Below are positions 11,020 through 21,821 of a stretch of 64,000 nt of DNA, in pieces; the stretch's first letter is position 1, and every line of letters begins with the position of its first letter. The DNA is from Vulcanimicrobiota bacterium (GTDB lineage Bacteria; Vulcanimicrobiota; Vulcanimicrobiia; Vulcanimicrobiales; Vulcanimicrobiaceae). Location: the NCBI GenBank assembly GCA_963733295.1, contig CAVTCS010000003.1:224001-288000 (forward strand). Reading direction: 5' to 3'. A program made the position numbers and the translations under genes. The notes below the pieces were generated by a model. The model saw only the letters and a program-made list of their open reading frames with translations, was not told the DNA's origin and ran no database searches.

Positions 11020-12363
11020 ATGAAAAACTCGAAAGCCGTCATTCTGAGCACCGCGCGGACGCCGTTCGGACGCCTGGGCGGCGCGCTGGCATCGCTCGCC
11101 GCGACCACGCTCGGGGGAGAGGCGATTCGCGCCGCGGTCGAGCGCGCGGGCCTCGATCCGGCGGAGGTCGAGCACGTGATCATGGGTCAAGTGCTGCAGG
11201 GAGGCGCCGGCCAAGCGCCCGCGCGTCAGGCGGCATACAACGCCGGCCTCGCCAAGACCGTCACCTTCGAGACGATCAACAAAGTGTGCGCCTCGGGGAT
11301 GATCGCGATCGTGCACGGCGCGCGCTTGATCAACGACGATGACGCCGAGGTCGTCGTCGCCGGCGGCATGGAGTCGATGTCGAACGCACCGTACGCCGCG
11401 CTTTCGGCGCGTTTCGGATATCGCTTCGGCGACGGGACGCTGGTCGATCTCATGAATTACGACGCGCTGCTCGACCCTTGGTCGAAGATGACCATGGCGC
11501 AAGCGCAATCGGAGGTCAACGCCGATCTCGGAATCGCGCGCGACGTACAGGACGAGTTTGCCTACAACTCGCATGCCCGCGCGGCGAAAGCCACGGCCGA
11601 CGCCACGCTCGCAGAAGAGATCGTCCCGCTCAAGGTCGCAACGAAGGCCAAGGGAAAGCTCGTCGTGGATGCGGTGCCGGTTGCGGCGCGCGCGCGCGTG
11701 CCGGTTGCCGCCGGCGCCGGCAACGGCGCTGCAGGTTCGCTCGGACACGAGCCGGCCGCGCATCTGGTGCCCGACGCAAAGCGCTTCTCGCCGTACCTCA
11801 CCGGTGACGTGCCGTTCACGCTCGTCGACAAAGACGAACCGATTCGAGGCGACGCTTCGCTCGAATCGATGGCCAAGCTCCCGCCGCTCGAGCGAGGCGG
11901 AACCGTCACCGCCGGAAACGCGCCGGGCGTCAACGACGGAGCTGCCGCCGTCGTGCTCGCGAGCGAAGAGTACGCGGCCAAACACGGGCGCCCGTTCCTC
12001 GCGCGCGTCGTCGATCATGCCGCCGCATCGTGGGACCCGGCGTACCTCGCGCTGACACCGGCGATGGCTTCGCAGAAACTGCTCGAGAAGAACGGCCTGA
12101 AGGCGAGCGATATCGCGATTTGGGAAGTCAACGAGGCCTTCGCGGCGGTCGCCTGGAGCACCGCGCACCGGCTCGGTCTCGATCCTAAGGTACTCAACCA
12201 ACTCGGAGGAGCGGTAGCTTTCGGCCATCCGGTCGGTGCCTCGGGCGCACGCATCACCGCTTCGGTCGTGCATCAGTTGCGTCGGCGCGGGGGCGGTCTC
12301 GGGATCGCCGCGATCTGCAGCGGCGGCGGCCAAGGCGACGCCATTCTCATCCGGGTCGAGTAA
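11020..12363 (+). CDS. Acetyl-CoA C-acyltransferase (thiolase)
   Basis: TINKVCASG, GGMESMS, NDGAAA, EVNEAFA, GHPVGASGAR, AICSGGGQG. Confidence 0.95.
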   Translation: MKNSKAVILSTARTPFGRLGGALASLAATTLGGEAIRAAVERAGLDPAEVEHVIMGQVLQGGAGQAPARQAAYNAGLAKTVTFETINKVCASGMIAIVHGARLINDDDAEVVVAGGMESMSNAPYAALSARFGYRFGDGTLVDLMNYDALLDPWSKMTMAQAQSEVNADLGIARDVQDEFAYNSHARAAKATADATLAEEIVPLKVATKAKGKLVVDAVPVAARARVPVAAGAGNGAAGSLGHEPAAHLVPDAKRFSPYLTGDVPFTLVDKDEPIRGDASLESMAKLPPLERGGTVTAGNAPGVNDGAAAVVLASEEYAAKHGRPFLARVVDHAAASWDPAYLALTPAMASQKLLEKNGLKASDIAIWEVNEAFAAVAWSTAHRLGLDPKVLNQLGGAVAFGHPVGASGARITASVVHQLRRRGGGLGIAAICSGGGQGDAILIRVE

Positions 12364-12364
12364 G

Positions 12365-13255
12365 GTGACGAGAGTTCTCGTCGTCGGTGCCGGCCAAATG
12401 GGGAGCGGCATCGCCCAGGTCGCCGCGCAAGCCGGCGATAGCGTCTGGCTCAACGACCGCGCGCCCGAATTCGTCGAACGCGGCCTCGGCGTCATCAAAC
12501 GCAACCTCGAACGCTCGGTCGAAAAGGGCAAGCTGAGCGCCGAAGAGCGCGACGCGGCGCTACGCCGCATCAGGCCGCAGCTCGAGTGGGAACCGCTCGA
12601 GATCGACATCGCGATCGAAGCCGCCTCCGAAGACCTCGAGACGAAGCTCGGGATCTTCCGGCGGCTCGACGAGTTGACGCCGCCGGGCGCGATACTCGCC
12701 AGCAACACCTCCTCGATCTCGATCACGAAACTCGCCAACGCGACGCGCCGCGCGCCGCGCGTCATCGGCATGCACTACTTCAACCCCGTGCCGGTGATGA
12801 AGCTCGTGGAGATCATCCGCGGAATCGCAACCGCGCAGGAGACCTTCGACTTCGTCCGCGATCTCGCCGTCGCGCACGGCAAGACGCCGGTCGAGGTGCG
12901 CAACTTTCCGGGCTTCGTTTCGAACCGGGTTCTGTGTCCGATGCTGAACGAGGCGATCTTCGCGCTCTACGAGGGCGTCGGATCGGTCGAAGCGATCGAC
13001 ACCGTGATGAAGCTCGGCATGAACCATCCGATGGGACCGCTCGAGCTGGCCGACTTCATCGGGCTCGACACGTTACTCTCGATCTTGCTCGTGCTCTACG
13101 AGGGTTTCAAGGATCCCAAGTACCGCCCATGCCCGCTGCTCGTGGAGTACGTCGACGCGGGCCGGCTCGGACGCAAGAGCGGGCGCGGCTTCTACGACTA
13201 CGCTGCGCGCGAGTCGAACGGCACCAAACCCATTCCCGCCGCGACCGCTCGCTGA
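12365..13255 (+). CDS. hbd: 3-hydroxybutyryl-CoA dehydrogenase
   Basis: [57 protein letters not shown]. Confidence 0.92.
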   Translation: MTRVLVVGAGQMGSGIAQVAAQAGDSVWLNDRAPEFVERGLGVIKRNLERSVEKGKLSAEERDAALRRIRPQLEWEPLEIDIAIEAASEDLETKLGIFRRLDELTPPGAILASNTSSISITKLANATRRAPRVIGMHYFNPVPVMKLVEIIRGIATAQETFDFVRDLAVAHGKTPVEVRNFPGFVSNRVLCPMLNEAIFALYEGVGSVEAIDTVMKLGMNHPMGPLELADFIGLDTLLSILLVLYEGFKDPKYRPCPLLVEYVDAGRLGRKSGRGFYDYAARESNGTKPIPAATAR

Positions 13256-13256
13256 C

Positions 13257-14426
13257 GTGTCGACGGAAACTCGGCGGCGCGTTCAATTCGCGCCGACCGC
13301 CGAACAGCTCGAGATCGGCGCGCTCGCGCGCGAGGTCGCCCAGCGCGAGATCGCGCCGCATATCGCCGCGTGGGATCGCGCGCACCACTTCCCGCGCGAG
13401 CTGTACGGAAAACTCAACGCGGCGGGCCTGATGGGCTTGCCGATCGCCGAACGCTACGAAGGAGCGGGCGCCGATTACGTCTCGTGCGCGCTGGCGCTGG
13501 AGGAGATCGCGCGCGTCGACGCCGGAACCGCGGTCACGCTCTCGGTTCACTACATGATTGCCGCTGCGATCGATCGGCTCGGAAGCGACGCGCAGAAGCA
13601 GCGGTATCTGCCGCAGCTAGCCGCGGGCGACAAGATCGCCGGCTTCGCCTTGACCGAGCCCGGCGCCGGTTCCGATGCCGCGGCGATTCGCAGCAGCGCG
13701 CGCCGCGATGGGAGCGCATACGTTTTGAACGGCCGCAAACAATGGTGCACGAACGGCAGTTTCTCCGCCGTGACGATGGCGATGTTTCGCACCGGCGGGC
13801 CGGGCGCGAAGGGCGTTTCAGCCTTTCTCATCGAGGCGGAGACGCCGGGCATGACCGTCGAGAAGGTCACCGAGAAGCTCGGCATCCACACGAGCAACAC
13901 CGTCGACCTCGCGTTCGACGACGCGCGCGTCCCGGCGGACGCGCTGCTCGGCGCCGAAGGCGCTGGATTCACCGGCGCGCTCGGCGCGCTCACCACGGGT
14001 CGCATCGGAATCGCGGCGCAGGCCACCGGCATTCTCGCGGCCTGTCTCGAGGCCTCGGTGAAATTCGCCAAAGAGCGCGAAGCGTTCGGGAAGCCGATCG
14101 GCGCCTTCGAAGGGGTCTCGTTCAAGATCGCCCAGATGGCGACCGACCTCGACGCGGCGCGCCTGTTGGTGTATCGCGCAGCGGCGCTGTACGATGCCGG
14201 CGAGCCCTTCGCAACCGAAGCCAGCAAAGCGAAGCTGTTCGCTTCGACCGCCGCGCGCAAGCATGCCGCCGAAGCGGTGCAGATTCACGGCGGCTACGGC
14301 TACACGACGGAGTTCCCCGTCGAGCGTTACTACCGCGACGCCAAAATCACGGAAATCTACGAGGGCACGAGCGAGATCCAGCAAGTGATCGTCGCGCGTT
14401 CGCTGCTAGGGAGACTCGACGCTTGA
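13257..14426 (+). CDS. Short-chain acyl-CoA dehydrogenase
   Basis: [46 protein letters not shown]. Confidence 0.93.
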   Translation: MSTETRRRVQFAPTAEQLEIGALAREVAQREIAPHIAAWDRAHHFPRELYGKLNAAGLMGLPIAERYEGAGADYVSCALALEEIARVDAGTAVTLSVHYMIAAAIDRLGSDAQKQRYLPQLAAGDKIAGFALTEPGAGSDAAAIRSSARRDGSAYVLNGRKQWCTNGSFSAVTMAMFRTGGPGAKGVSAFLIEAETPGMTVEKVTEKLGIHTSNTVDLAFDDARVPADALLGAEGAGFTGALGALTTGRIGIAAQATGILAACLEASVKFAKEREAFGKPIGAFEGVSFKIAQMATDLDAARLLVYRAAALYDAGEPFATEASKAKLFASTAARKHAAEAVQIHGGYGYTTEFPVERYYRDAKITEIYEGTSEIQQVIVARSLLGRLDA

Positions 14427-15586
14427 AGTTGATGGAGTTCCAAGGTAAAGAGCTATTCCGGCGCGCCGGCATCCCGACGCCGCGCGGTCAGCTGGCCAAG
14501 ACGCCCGAGGAAGTCGCGGCATTCGTCGCGGCCAACCCCGGCTCGTGGGTGCTCAAGAGTCAAGTCCTCATGGGCGGTCGCGGGAAAGCCGGGGGCATCA
14601 AATTCGCCGACAACGCGGACGACGCGCGCAAACTCGCGACCGAATTGATCGGCAAGGTGCTCAAAAACGAGCAGAACCCGGACGGCGAAGAAGTCAGAGC
14701 GCTTCTCATCGAGGAGAAGGTCGACATCGCGAGCGAGGCCTACGTTTCGATCACGATCGATCGCGCCGTCAAGGAGCCCGTCGCGATCGTCAGCGCCAAA
14801 GGCGGGATGGACGTCGAGGAGGTCGCGGCGACCGACCCGGGAGCGCTCGCTCAACTCTGGATCGATCCCGCCATCGGCTTCCAGCCGTTCGAAGGCCGGC
14901 TGCTCGCATTCTCGGCCAATCTGCCCGAAGGCTACCGCAAGACCTTCCCTTCGATCCTCGGCGCGCTCCACGCGCTCTTCATGGACTACGGAGCGCAGCT
15001 GGTCGAGATCAACCCGCTCGTGCTGACCAAAGACGGCCGGGTCATCGCCTCGGATGCGAAGGTCGAGCTCGACGACAACGGGCTCTACAAGCATCCCGAA
15101 CTAGCCGACTGGAAGAACGACACGCCTAAGGATGAAGATCAGGCGGCCGCCATCTCCATCGGGCTCGGGTTGTCGAACTACGCCAAGCTCGACGGCGACA
15201 TCGGGGTCATCGCCAACGGGGCCGGCCTCGGCATGGGCACGATGGACGCCATCCGCAGCGCGGGCGGCTCGGCCGCGAACTTCCTCGACATCGGCGGCGG
15301 CGCGCAGGCGGACCTCGTCAAGAAGAGTTACCAGCTCGTGACGAGCGACCCGAAAGTGAAGGCGCTCTTCATCAATATCTTTGGCGGCATCACGCGCGGC
15401 GACCAGGTCGCAAAGGGCATCGTCGAGGCTCTTTCGGGCAACGATATCCGCAAGGTGCCGCTGGTGATCAGGCTGACCGGGACCAACGAAAAAGAAGGTC
15501 GCGAGATCCTAGCCGCCGCCGGAATGAACCCCGTCGAGACCATGGACGAAGGCGCCAAACGCGCCGTCGAGTTAGCCGCTTCCTAA
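14423..15586 (+). CDS. sucC: Succinate-CoA ligase beta subunit
   Basis: [50 protein letters not shown]. Confidence 0.95.
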   Translation: MKLMEFQGKELFRRAGIPTPRGQLAKTPEEVAAFVAANPGSWVLKSQVLMGGRGKAGGIKFADNADDARKLATELIGKVLKNEQNPDGEEVRALLIEEKVDIASEAYVSITIDRAVKEPVAIVSAKGGMDVEEVAATDPGALAQLWIDPAIGFQPFEGRLLAFSANLPEGYRKTFPSILGALHALFMDYGAQLVEINPLVLTKDGRVIASDAKVELDDNGLYKHPELADWKNDTPKDEDQAAAISIGLGLSNYAKLDGDIGVIANGAGLGMGTMDAIRSAGGSAANFLDIGGGAQADLVKKSYQLVTSDPKVKALFINIFGGITRGDQVAKGIVEALSGNDIRKVPLVIRLTGTNEKEGREILAAAGMNPVETMDEGAKRAVELAAS

Positions 15587-15605
15587 TGAAGAGGGTGGAC
15601 TAAGC

Positions 15606-16484
15606 GTGTCTATTTGGCTGGATAAGAATTCGAAGGTCCTGGTCCAGGGGATCACGGGGCGCGAAGGGCTGTTTCATACGCAGCGGATGATCGCGTACGG
15701 CACGCAGATCGTGGGAGGCACCTCGCCGGGCAAGGGCGGGACGACGATCGAGGGCGGCCAGCCGGTCTTCAATACGGTAAGGGACGCGGTCGCCGCGACC
15801 GGCGCGAACGTTTCGATCATTTTCGTTCCCCCCGCGGCGGCGGCCGACGCGCTCTATGAAGCGCACGACGCTCAGATCGAGCTGGCGGTGTGCATCACCG
15901 AGGGCATTCCGGCGCACGATATGTTGCGGGTGGTGGCCACGACCGCCGGGATGCGGATCATCGGACCCAACTGCCCGGGGCTGGTTTCGCCGGGGCGGGC
16001 GCTGGTCGGGATCATGCCGGGCCAGATATTTAAAGAGGGCCGCGTCGGGATGATCTCGCGCTCGGGGACGCTGACCTACGAGATCGTCGACCTACTGACG
16101 AAAGCCGGGCTCGGGCAGTCGACCTGCGTCGGAATCGGCGGGGACCCGATCATCGGGACGACCTTCGTCGATTGCCTCAAGGCGTTCGCGAACGATCCGG
16201 AAACCGACGCGGTCGTCGTCTGCGGGGAAATCGGGGGCTCGGACGAGGAGGATGCCGCTGACTTCATTCGCGAGCACCTGCCCAAGAAGCCGGTCGTAGC
16301 CTTCATCGGAGGCCGATCGGCCCCCAAGGGCAAGCGGCTCGGTCACGCCGGCGCGATCATCTCCGGGAACTCCGGCACCCCCGAAAGCAAGCTTGCCGCG
16401 TTCAAGGCGGCAGGGGTTCCCGTCGCGGACCGCCCCTCGGAGATCCCCGAGCTGGTGAAGGGCCGGCTCGGAGCCCCCGTCTAG
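15606..16484 (+). CDS. sucD: Succinate-CoA ligase alpha subunit
   Basis: [36 protein letters not shown]. Confidence 0.96.
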   Translation: MSIWLDKNSKVLVQGITGREGLFHTQRMIAYGTQIVGGTSPGKGGTTIEGGQPVFNTVRDAVAATGANVSIIFVPPAAAADALYEAHDAQIELAVCITEGIPAHDMLRVVATTAGMRIIGPNCPGLVSPGRALVGIMPGQIFKEGRVGMISRSGTLTYEIVDLLTKAGLGQSTCVGIGGDPIIGTTFVDCLKAFANDPETDAVVVCGEIGGSDEEDAADFIREHLPKKPVVAFIGGRSAPKGKRLGHAGAIISGNSGTPESKLAAFKAAGVPVADRPSEIPELVKGRLGAPV

Positions 16485-16662
16485 GGGTCCGAAAGAATTT
16501 TTCGGTCGCTGCGTCCTTTAACGAACTAAACAGAGGATTAACATTTGGCCGGACGAAGCGGCCTAGAGTGCGGGGCGTCACCTCACTTGTGGCGCCGTGC
16601 ATTGCGCTAGTTGATTCGCATCAACTTCGCACGAAACATAACTGAACCGTCTAGGAGACAGT

Positions 16663-16746
16663 ATGCTGAGACGCAGTCTCAGTTCGCTGATCCCCTGTCT
16701 AGCGCTCGTGGCGATCGACCAGGGAACTTGGGTTCTGGCCGCATGA
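16663..16746 (+). CDS. Putative 27-aa leader/small peptide MLRRSLSSLIPCLALVAIDQGTWVLAA
   Basis: AGGAG at 16653-16657 ahead of ATG 16663; stop TGA 16744-16746; lies in the receptor leader. Confidence 0.3.
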   Translation: MLRRSLSSLIPCLALVAIDQGTWVLAA

Positions 16747-16884
16747 CCACGCACACGTTGAGCAGGACGATCGCGGACTCTGCGATTGGTCAGTCTATAT
16801 CTGGCGCCAACCTTACGGCCGCAAGCTCGTCGCTAACAGCGACGGGTGAGTTCCGCCACATCGCCCTTTTAGGGAGGGACATCT

Positions 16885-19800
16885 ATGTCTATGGCGTTCA
16901 TGCGTGAGCGTCGCGGATGGCTGGCACGCGCCGCCGTCCTCGTCGCACTAGTTTTTGCCCTCGTGGGCACGTCGATCAGCCCGATCATGGCCGCAGGCGG
17001 TCAGTTCGGCAATTTATCGGGAACCGTCCTCGATCAGTCGACCAAGGCGCCGATCGGAAGCGCGAAGGTGACGGTCGTCAGCCCGAGCGGCACCTACCGT
17101 GCGACGACCGGCTCGAACGGTCAGTTCAGCATTCTCGGTGTGCCGGTCGACACGTACCTGGTCACGGTCGAGGACCCTGGCTATCTCCCGGCGACCTTCT
17201 CCGGCGTCACGATTCAGGGTGACCAGACGCAAGGTATGGGCCTCATCCTGCTCGGCAAGGAAAAGGAAATCGGGCATGTGACGGCTCGCTCGCAAGCCGG
17301 CGCGTTCCAACCGACGCAGACGACCGATACGTTCCAGGTCGACCAGAACCGCATTTTGCAGTCGGTCGGTAAGCTGGCGGGCACGAACGAGAACAACGTT
17401 CTGTTGGCCGTTCCCGGCGTGACCTTGACCAACGCGGGCATGCCTACGATTCGCGGCGGCGCTTCGCGCGAGGTCGGCTACCAGTACGACGGCGTCAGCT
17501 TCACGGAACCATTTCTCGGCAATAACGGGTCGAACGGCCTCGTCAACGGCCTGGGCTCGGTTCAGGTCGTCGAGGGTGCCGGCGACGCCACCCAAGGCAA
17601 CGTCGGTTCCGGCGTCATCAACGTCATCCCGAAGCGCGGCACGTATCCGGGTTTCGGCTTCGTCGATCTCGAAGCGGGCGGCCCGAATTTCTCGCACCAG
17701 TTCGCGTTTGAGGAAGGCCTCGCGACGTCGAACGGCACGATTTCGGACTACATCGCGTATACCGGCCGGCGCTTCGATCCGTACTTCGGCTATTCGCAAC
17801 AGAATCAGGGCGCGTACGGTAACTACTTCTCGGACCAGTACACGAACAACAACCAGCTCACCAACAATTTCATCTTTAAGTTCGGGAAGAATCAAGCACA
17901 GTCGCTGCAGGTTCTCTACACGAACATCTCGGAGACGGCGCTCGGCAATCTGGGAGGGATCCCGAACGGCGGCGTACCGGGCGGGAACGGTCTGTCGTAC
18001 TACCCGTACGATAGTCTGTCGCAAGAGGGTGAGTACTACGGTCCCGGTAGCCTAACCGGATACACCGCGGCACAGTATGCCAGCCTCATCGGATTGGATT
18101 ATGGCGTCCCAGCTACCAACTCGACGATTCCATCTCCACAGGTCAACGCGTCGTTGCAGACGACGTTCTTGAAGTTCGAATACGACAACAACCTGAACTC
18201 CACGACGTTCATGGCGTTGCGCTACTACAACTGGAACCAGCTCATCGCCAACGACACCTCGTTCAGCCTCGGTCCCGGCAGCGGCGGAATCACCGTCAAC
18301 CAGACCGTCGGCGGCCCCACCACAGGTATGTCGTTCGACATCACGCATCAATTCGCGTCGAACCTCCTCGTCTCGCTGAACACCAAATACGACCTCCAGC
18401 ATCCCATCTGGGATGCGCAGGAACCGCAAGTCGGTTTCTTCGGCCTCAACGAGTTCGACCCCAGTCCAGCCACCGACCCCGTTCCGGCCGACTGGTTGCC
18501 GGGCGGCTACATCTACAACTACTTCACCAGCAAGGGTGAAGCGGTGCCGCGCATCCCGATCTGGGGGATCAATTACCACCAGAGCTTCTTCCAAAACTAC
18601 GGAACGGGCATCCGCTTCCAGTACACGCCGACGTCGGCGATGCACATCGACGCGGGCGTCCGCTACGAAGGTCAGAACAGTCACTGGTTCAACCAGCTCG
18701 AGCAGTACGGGCAAGGGATTCCGACTGGTACGCCGGGTGGTCCGTACTCGGTCCTCCCCTCGTCTTGGACGAGCTCGTTCCTGAACCCGACGGAATGGGA
18801 GCCCCGGATCGGCGTCAGCTACCAACTGAATACGCAGAATTCAGTCCGCGCTTCCTACGGACGTTCGGCGGTGTTCATCAACGCGCAGAGCGGCGGCACG
18901 CCGTTCCAGCTGTGGAACCTCGCGCCGTACACGAAGATTCCGGCCAAGCCCGGTGCGCAGTGTATCGCCGGGATCAGCGGAAACTCCGTTCCCTGCTCGT
19001 TCTACTCGCAACAGTTGTACTGGCAAGGTGACAACGTGGAAGCGCCCGACGCAGGTGGAACCCAACCAGGCCTCTACAACAACTACGACCTGAGCTTCAA
19101 CCACGCGTTCAACAACGGCTGGGGCGCACGGGCCACCGGCTTCTACAAGCTCGGAACCAATTTGCCGGCTTTCGGCCTGATCGAGTTGCTACCCGGTGGC
19201 GGCGCGATCTTCGGTACGAACAATCAGGGCTTCAATCGCACGACGGGCGTCGAGCTCGACGTGACGACGCCGTCGAAGCCGGTCGGCTGGTCCGGCTTCT
19301 TCGCAGCAACCTACCAGAACGTGCTCGGCACGACGCCGCCCCTCTCTGAGAACGAGACGAACGTCCCGCTGCTGCCTTCAGCCTCGATCGAACTCGGAAA
19401 CATCTATCGAGCCGGCTACGTTTCGCCGTTCTCGATGCGCCTCGGCACGACGTTCAAGACGGCAAGCGGATTTACCGCGACGCCGGTCCTCCAATTCGAC
19501 GTTGGATACCCGTACTCTCAGGGCACCCTCATCGCCGCGAACTGCAACGGGAAGAACGTCAACATCGTTCAGGCCAACTTCGGTTGCGGAGCACCGGATA
19601 TCAACAACGGGTTGTACGCCAGCAGCGGAAACAACCTCGCGACCGGCTACTACGATCCGGCGGATCCTGGGACGAACTTCAATCCCAATCTGGCCGCGAC
19701 GCGTGGCGTCAACCAGACCGCTGCAGCCGGCGGCTACCTCTCGCACATCAACCTGCAAGCGGGCCTAACGTTGCAATACGCGATCAAGTCGAGCACGGTC

Positions 19801-20085
19801 GGTATCCAGTTCATCAACCTGTTCGGCAACGGATTCGTCAACTCGGTTCCAGCGCTCAACCCGTGGTACCAGCCGGTTACGACCGGAGTATCGGGCCCGC
19901 AGACCAGCTACAACGCCGATTGCTTACAGTATGGCTCGGCGCGTGGCTGCTCGAACATTCCAAAAGCGGCCTACGCCTATAGCAACGGGTCATACGTCCT
20001 ATCGAACGGAAACTTCACGCAGGGCTCCGCGATCGCGCCGCTGCAGCCGTTCGCTTTTACCGTCTACTATCAGCTGAAGCTGTAA
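16885..20085 (+). CDS. TonB-dependent receptor-like outer-membrane protein with N-terminal carboxypeptidase-regulatory-like domain
   Basis: Signal peptide; GNLSGTVLDQ..GTYRATTGSNGQF domain; plug-like PGVT..IRGG..YDGV..GSGVINVIPKRG; Y/N/G-rich beta strands; C-terminal YYQLKL; GGAGG RBS. Confidence 0.85.
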   Translation: MSMAFMRERRGWLARAAVLVALVFALVGTSISPIMAAGGQFGNLSGTVLDQSTKAPIGSAKVTVVSPSGTYRATTGSNGQFSILGVPVDTYLVTVEDPGYLPATFSGVTIQGDQTQGMGLILLGKEKEIGHVTARSQAGAFQPTQTTDTFQVDQNRILQSVGKLAGTNENNVLLAVPGVTLTNAGMPTIRGGASREVGYQYDGVSFTEPFLGNNGSNGLVNGLGSVQVVEGAGDATQGNVGSGVINVIPKRGTYPGFGFVDLEAGGPNFSHQFAFEEGLATSNGTISDYIAYTGRRFDPYFGYSQQNQGAYGNYFSDQYTNNNQLTNNFIFKFGKNQAQSLQVLYTNISETALGNLGGIPNGGVPGGNGLSYYPYDSLSQEGEYYGPGSLTGYTAAQYASLIGLDYGVPATNSTIPSPQVNASLQTTFLKFEYDNNLNSTTFMALRYYNWNQLIANDTSFSLGPGSGGITVNQTVGGPTTGMSFDITHQFASNLLVSLNTKYDLQHPIWDAQEPQVGFFGLNEFDPSPATDPVPADWLPGGYIYNYFTSKGEAVPRIPIWGINYHQSFFQNYGTGIRFQYTPTSAMHIDAGVRYEGQNSHWFNQLEQYGQGIPTGTPGGPYSVLPSSWTSSFLNPTEWEPRIGVSYQLNTQNSVRASYGRSAVFINAQSGGTPFQLWNLAPYTKIPAKPGAQCIAGISGNSVPCSFYSQQLYWQGDNVEAPDAGGTQPGLYNNYDLSFNHAFNNGWGARATGFYKLGTNLPAFGLIELLPGGGAIFGTNNQGFNRTTGVELDVTTPSKPVGWSGFFAATYQNVLGTTPPLSENETNVPLLPSASIELGNIYRAGYVSPFSMRLGTTFKTASGFTATPVLQFDVGYPYSQGTLIAANCNGKNVNIVQANFGCGAPDINNGLYASSGNNLATGYYDPADPGTNFNPNLAATRGVNQTAAAGGYLSHINLQAGLTLQYAIKSSTVGIQFINLFGNGFVNSVPALNPWYQPVTTGVSGPQTSYNADCLQYGSARGCSNIPKAAYAYSNGSYVLSNGNFTQGSAIAPLQPFAFTVYYQLKL

Positions 20086-20104
20086 TCCGGAAAGGAAAGA
20101 AAAT

Positions 20105-21460
20105 TTGAAAACCAATCTAAGGGTCCTTTCCGCGTGCGTCGTAGGAGCGATAGCGGTATCGGGATGCGGAGCGTCGTCTGGAACCGGCTCTCCGGGTCCC
20201 AACAAAATCCAGCCTCCGGGCGCGAACGTGCTGCAACTCGCAGTCGGAACGGCAAACATCTATGGAACAGGGTCCGGGGTCAACGTCGTGACGACGTACC
20301 GGCAGCCAAAGGGCTCTTCGGCCCCAGGCGACAGCGGCGCGCTAACCAACTCGCCGACCCTGACCATCCCTAGCGGCTTTCCGGCTGCACCTGGGATAAG
20401 TGGGCCGGCCATTGGGGCCGATCCGCTCTCGACGATCATCACCGGCCCGGCGCTGACGGAGATTCCGAATCCTCCGACCGGTGTCGGCTCGATGACTGCC
20501 ACGGCGCAAGCGCCACCGGAACCGATCAACACGACGACGACGACCTTCGGCCAGGCCGGTGGTGTTTTCGGCCTCGGTATCGAGCCGTTCAACTACACCT
20601 CGGCAAGCGGAACGCCGTTCGCCGTCAATCCCTATCCGGTGCCGCTGTATGACGCGCTGGCGGGGGCTGCGCCGCCGACGTTCAGCAGCCTCACCGGCGA
20701 TCCGAATCAAATACCGGCAGCTTGGGGAGGCGTGCCCGCCTTCGACATTCTCGGGACCGGACAAGCCCCCAACGGTAGCGGAATCGTACCAGGCGGTACG
20801 GCTGGCATCAGTGCGGGCCTCAACGTCTTCCAGATCCCCCCGGCTGCGAACGTGCCCTACTCCTTGACGGTAACGATCGCGCAATCGAGTAGCGGTACGT
20901 TCACGAAGACCGCAAGCGCGCAAATGGCCTCGACCGTGCTCTTGCCGACCATGGCGTCGCCAACCTACACGCCTGATGCAACCGGAAACGGCGGGGTGTT
21001 CGGAATCACCCTTCCGGCCGGTGTCACGGAGGCTTACCTCGAGGTGGTCGACTTCGGTACGCAGGACGGGGCCGACAACGCGTTGCCGAATTGCAACGGT
21101 GCGTCGGTCGGTGCTCCGATCTTCTACACGTTCGAAGCCACCGCCAGCGGCACGTTCACATTGACTGACACGATGGGTCCTGGTGGAGTTCAGTCAATTT
21201 GTGCGGCCGCTGACAATTCGACCGTGAACGGTGCTCCCACCGCTCCGGACATCGTTTATACGTGGGCAATCGGGTTCGATTACCCCGCATACGAGGCGTC
21301 CTATCCGAACAGCAAGGGGAACCCCGCACCCACGATCCTCGGAGCCTCAGGTCAGTCGGACATCACGATCTCACCTGCGGGAATCTTCAATCCGGCGCCT
21401 CCGCTGCCGCCGGCGGCCAGCTTCCGGCACAACAGAGGTCTCCACTTCAAGCACCGGTAG
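20105..21460 (+). CDS. Pro/Gly/Thr-rich lipoprotein, probable receptor partner
   Basis: Lipobox-like IAVSG-C; starts 19 bp after the receptor stop; shares the downstream terminator. Confidence 0.75.
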   Translation: MKTNLRVLSACVVGAIAVSGCGASSGTGSPGPNKIQPPGANVLQLAVGTANIYGTGSGVNVVTTYRQPKGSSAPGDSGALTNSPTLTIPSGFPAAPGISGPAIGADPLSTIITGPALTEIPNPPTGVGSMTATAQAPPEPINTTTTTFGQAGGVFGLGIEPFNYTSASGTPFAVNPYPVPLYDALAGAAPPTFSSLTGDPNQIPAAWGGVPAFDILGTGQAPNGSGIVPGGTAGISAGLNVFQIPPAANVPYSLTVTIAQSSSGTFTKTASAQMASTVLLPTMASPTYTPDATGNGGVFGITLPAGVTEAYLEVVDFGTQDGADNALPNCNGASVGAPIFYTFEATASGTFTLTDTMGPGGVQSICAAADNSTVNGAPTAPDIVYTWAIGFDYPAYEASYPNSKGNPAPTILGASGQSDITISPAGIFNPAPPLPPAASFRHNRGLHFKHR

Positions 21461-21484
21461 GTCTAACCGAGTCTCTTGAAAAGC

Positions 21485-21523
21485 AATGCGGTCTCCGGAA
21501 CTATCCGGAGACCGCATTCTTTT
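21485..21523 (+). terminator. Intrinsic terminator of the receptor-lipoprotein operon
   Basis: Perfect 15-bp stem AATGCGGTCTCCGGA-acta-TCCGGAGACCGCATT followed by CTTTT. Confidence 0.9.
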
Positions 21524-21579
21524 GTTGTATCTGGCTTGCCCCGAAAGGTTGTAGGTGCGAGCCGAGGTACAGCGAGCGG

Positions 21580-21792
21580 ATGACGTACGGCTATCACTGC
21601 GAGGAATGCGAAGAGGCCGCGTGGCCCGCGACGACGCGTTCCGAACTCCAGTGGCTCAAAGATCGCGAGCACGTCGTGCGTGAGGTCGCGCGGCACGTCG
21701 CAGCCGGACTCGACACGTGGATCGTCGAGGCGCTCGATTTTCTTGAGAAGCATCGTGGGCATAGCGTCGCGATCAGTCGCCGGCCTACTTAG
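21580..21792 (+). CDS. Small hypothetical protein with putative Zn site (CEEC...HRGH)
   Basis: ATG 21580; 70 aa, MTYGYHCEECEE...FLEKHRGHSV. Confidence 0.6.
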   Translation: MTYGYHCEECEEAAWPATTRSELQWLKDREHVVREVARHVAAGLDTWIVEALDFLEKHRGHSVAISRRPT

Positions 21793-21821
21793 CGCGTCGC
21801 GCGTCGTACGTCGCTGCTGTT

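Noticed and set aside
16590..16606. Sigma54-like TGGCGC..TTGC upstream of the receptor
   Set aside because: GG-to-GC spacing is 11 nt rather than the strict 10
16500..16884. Cobalamin or TPP riboswitch before the TonB-type receptor
   Set aside because: No B12-box or TPP consensus could be recognised by eye
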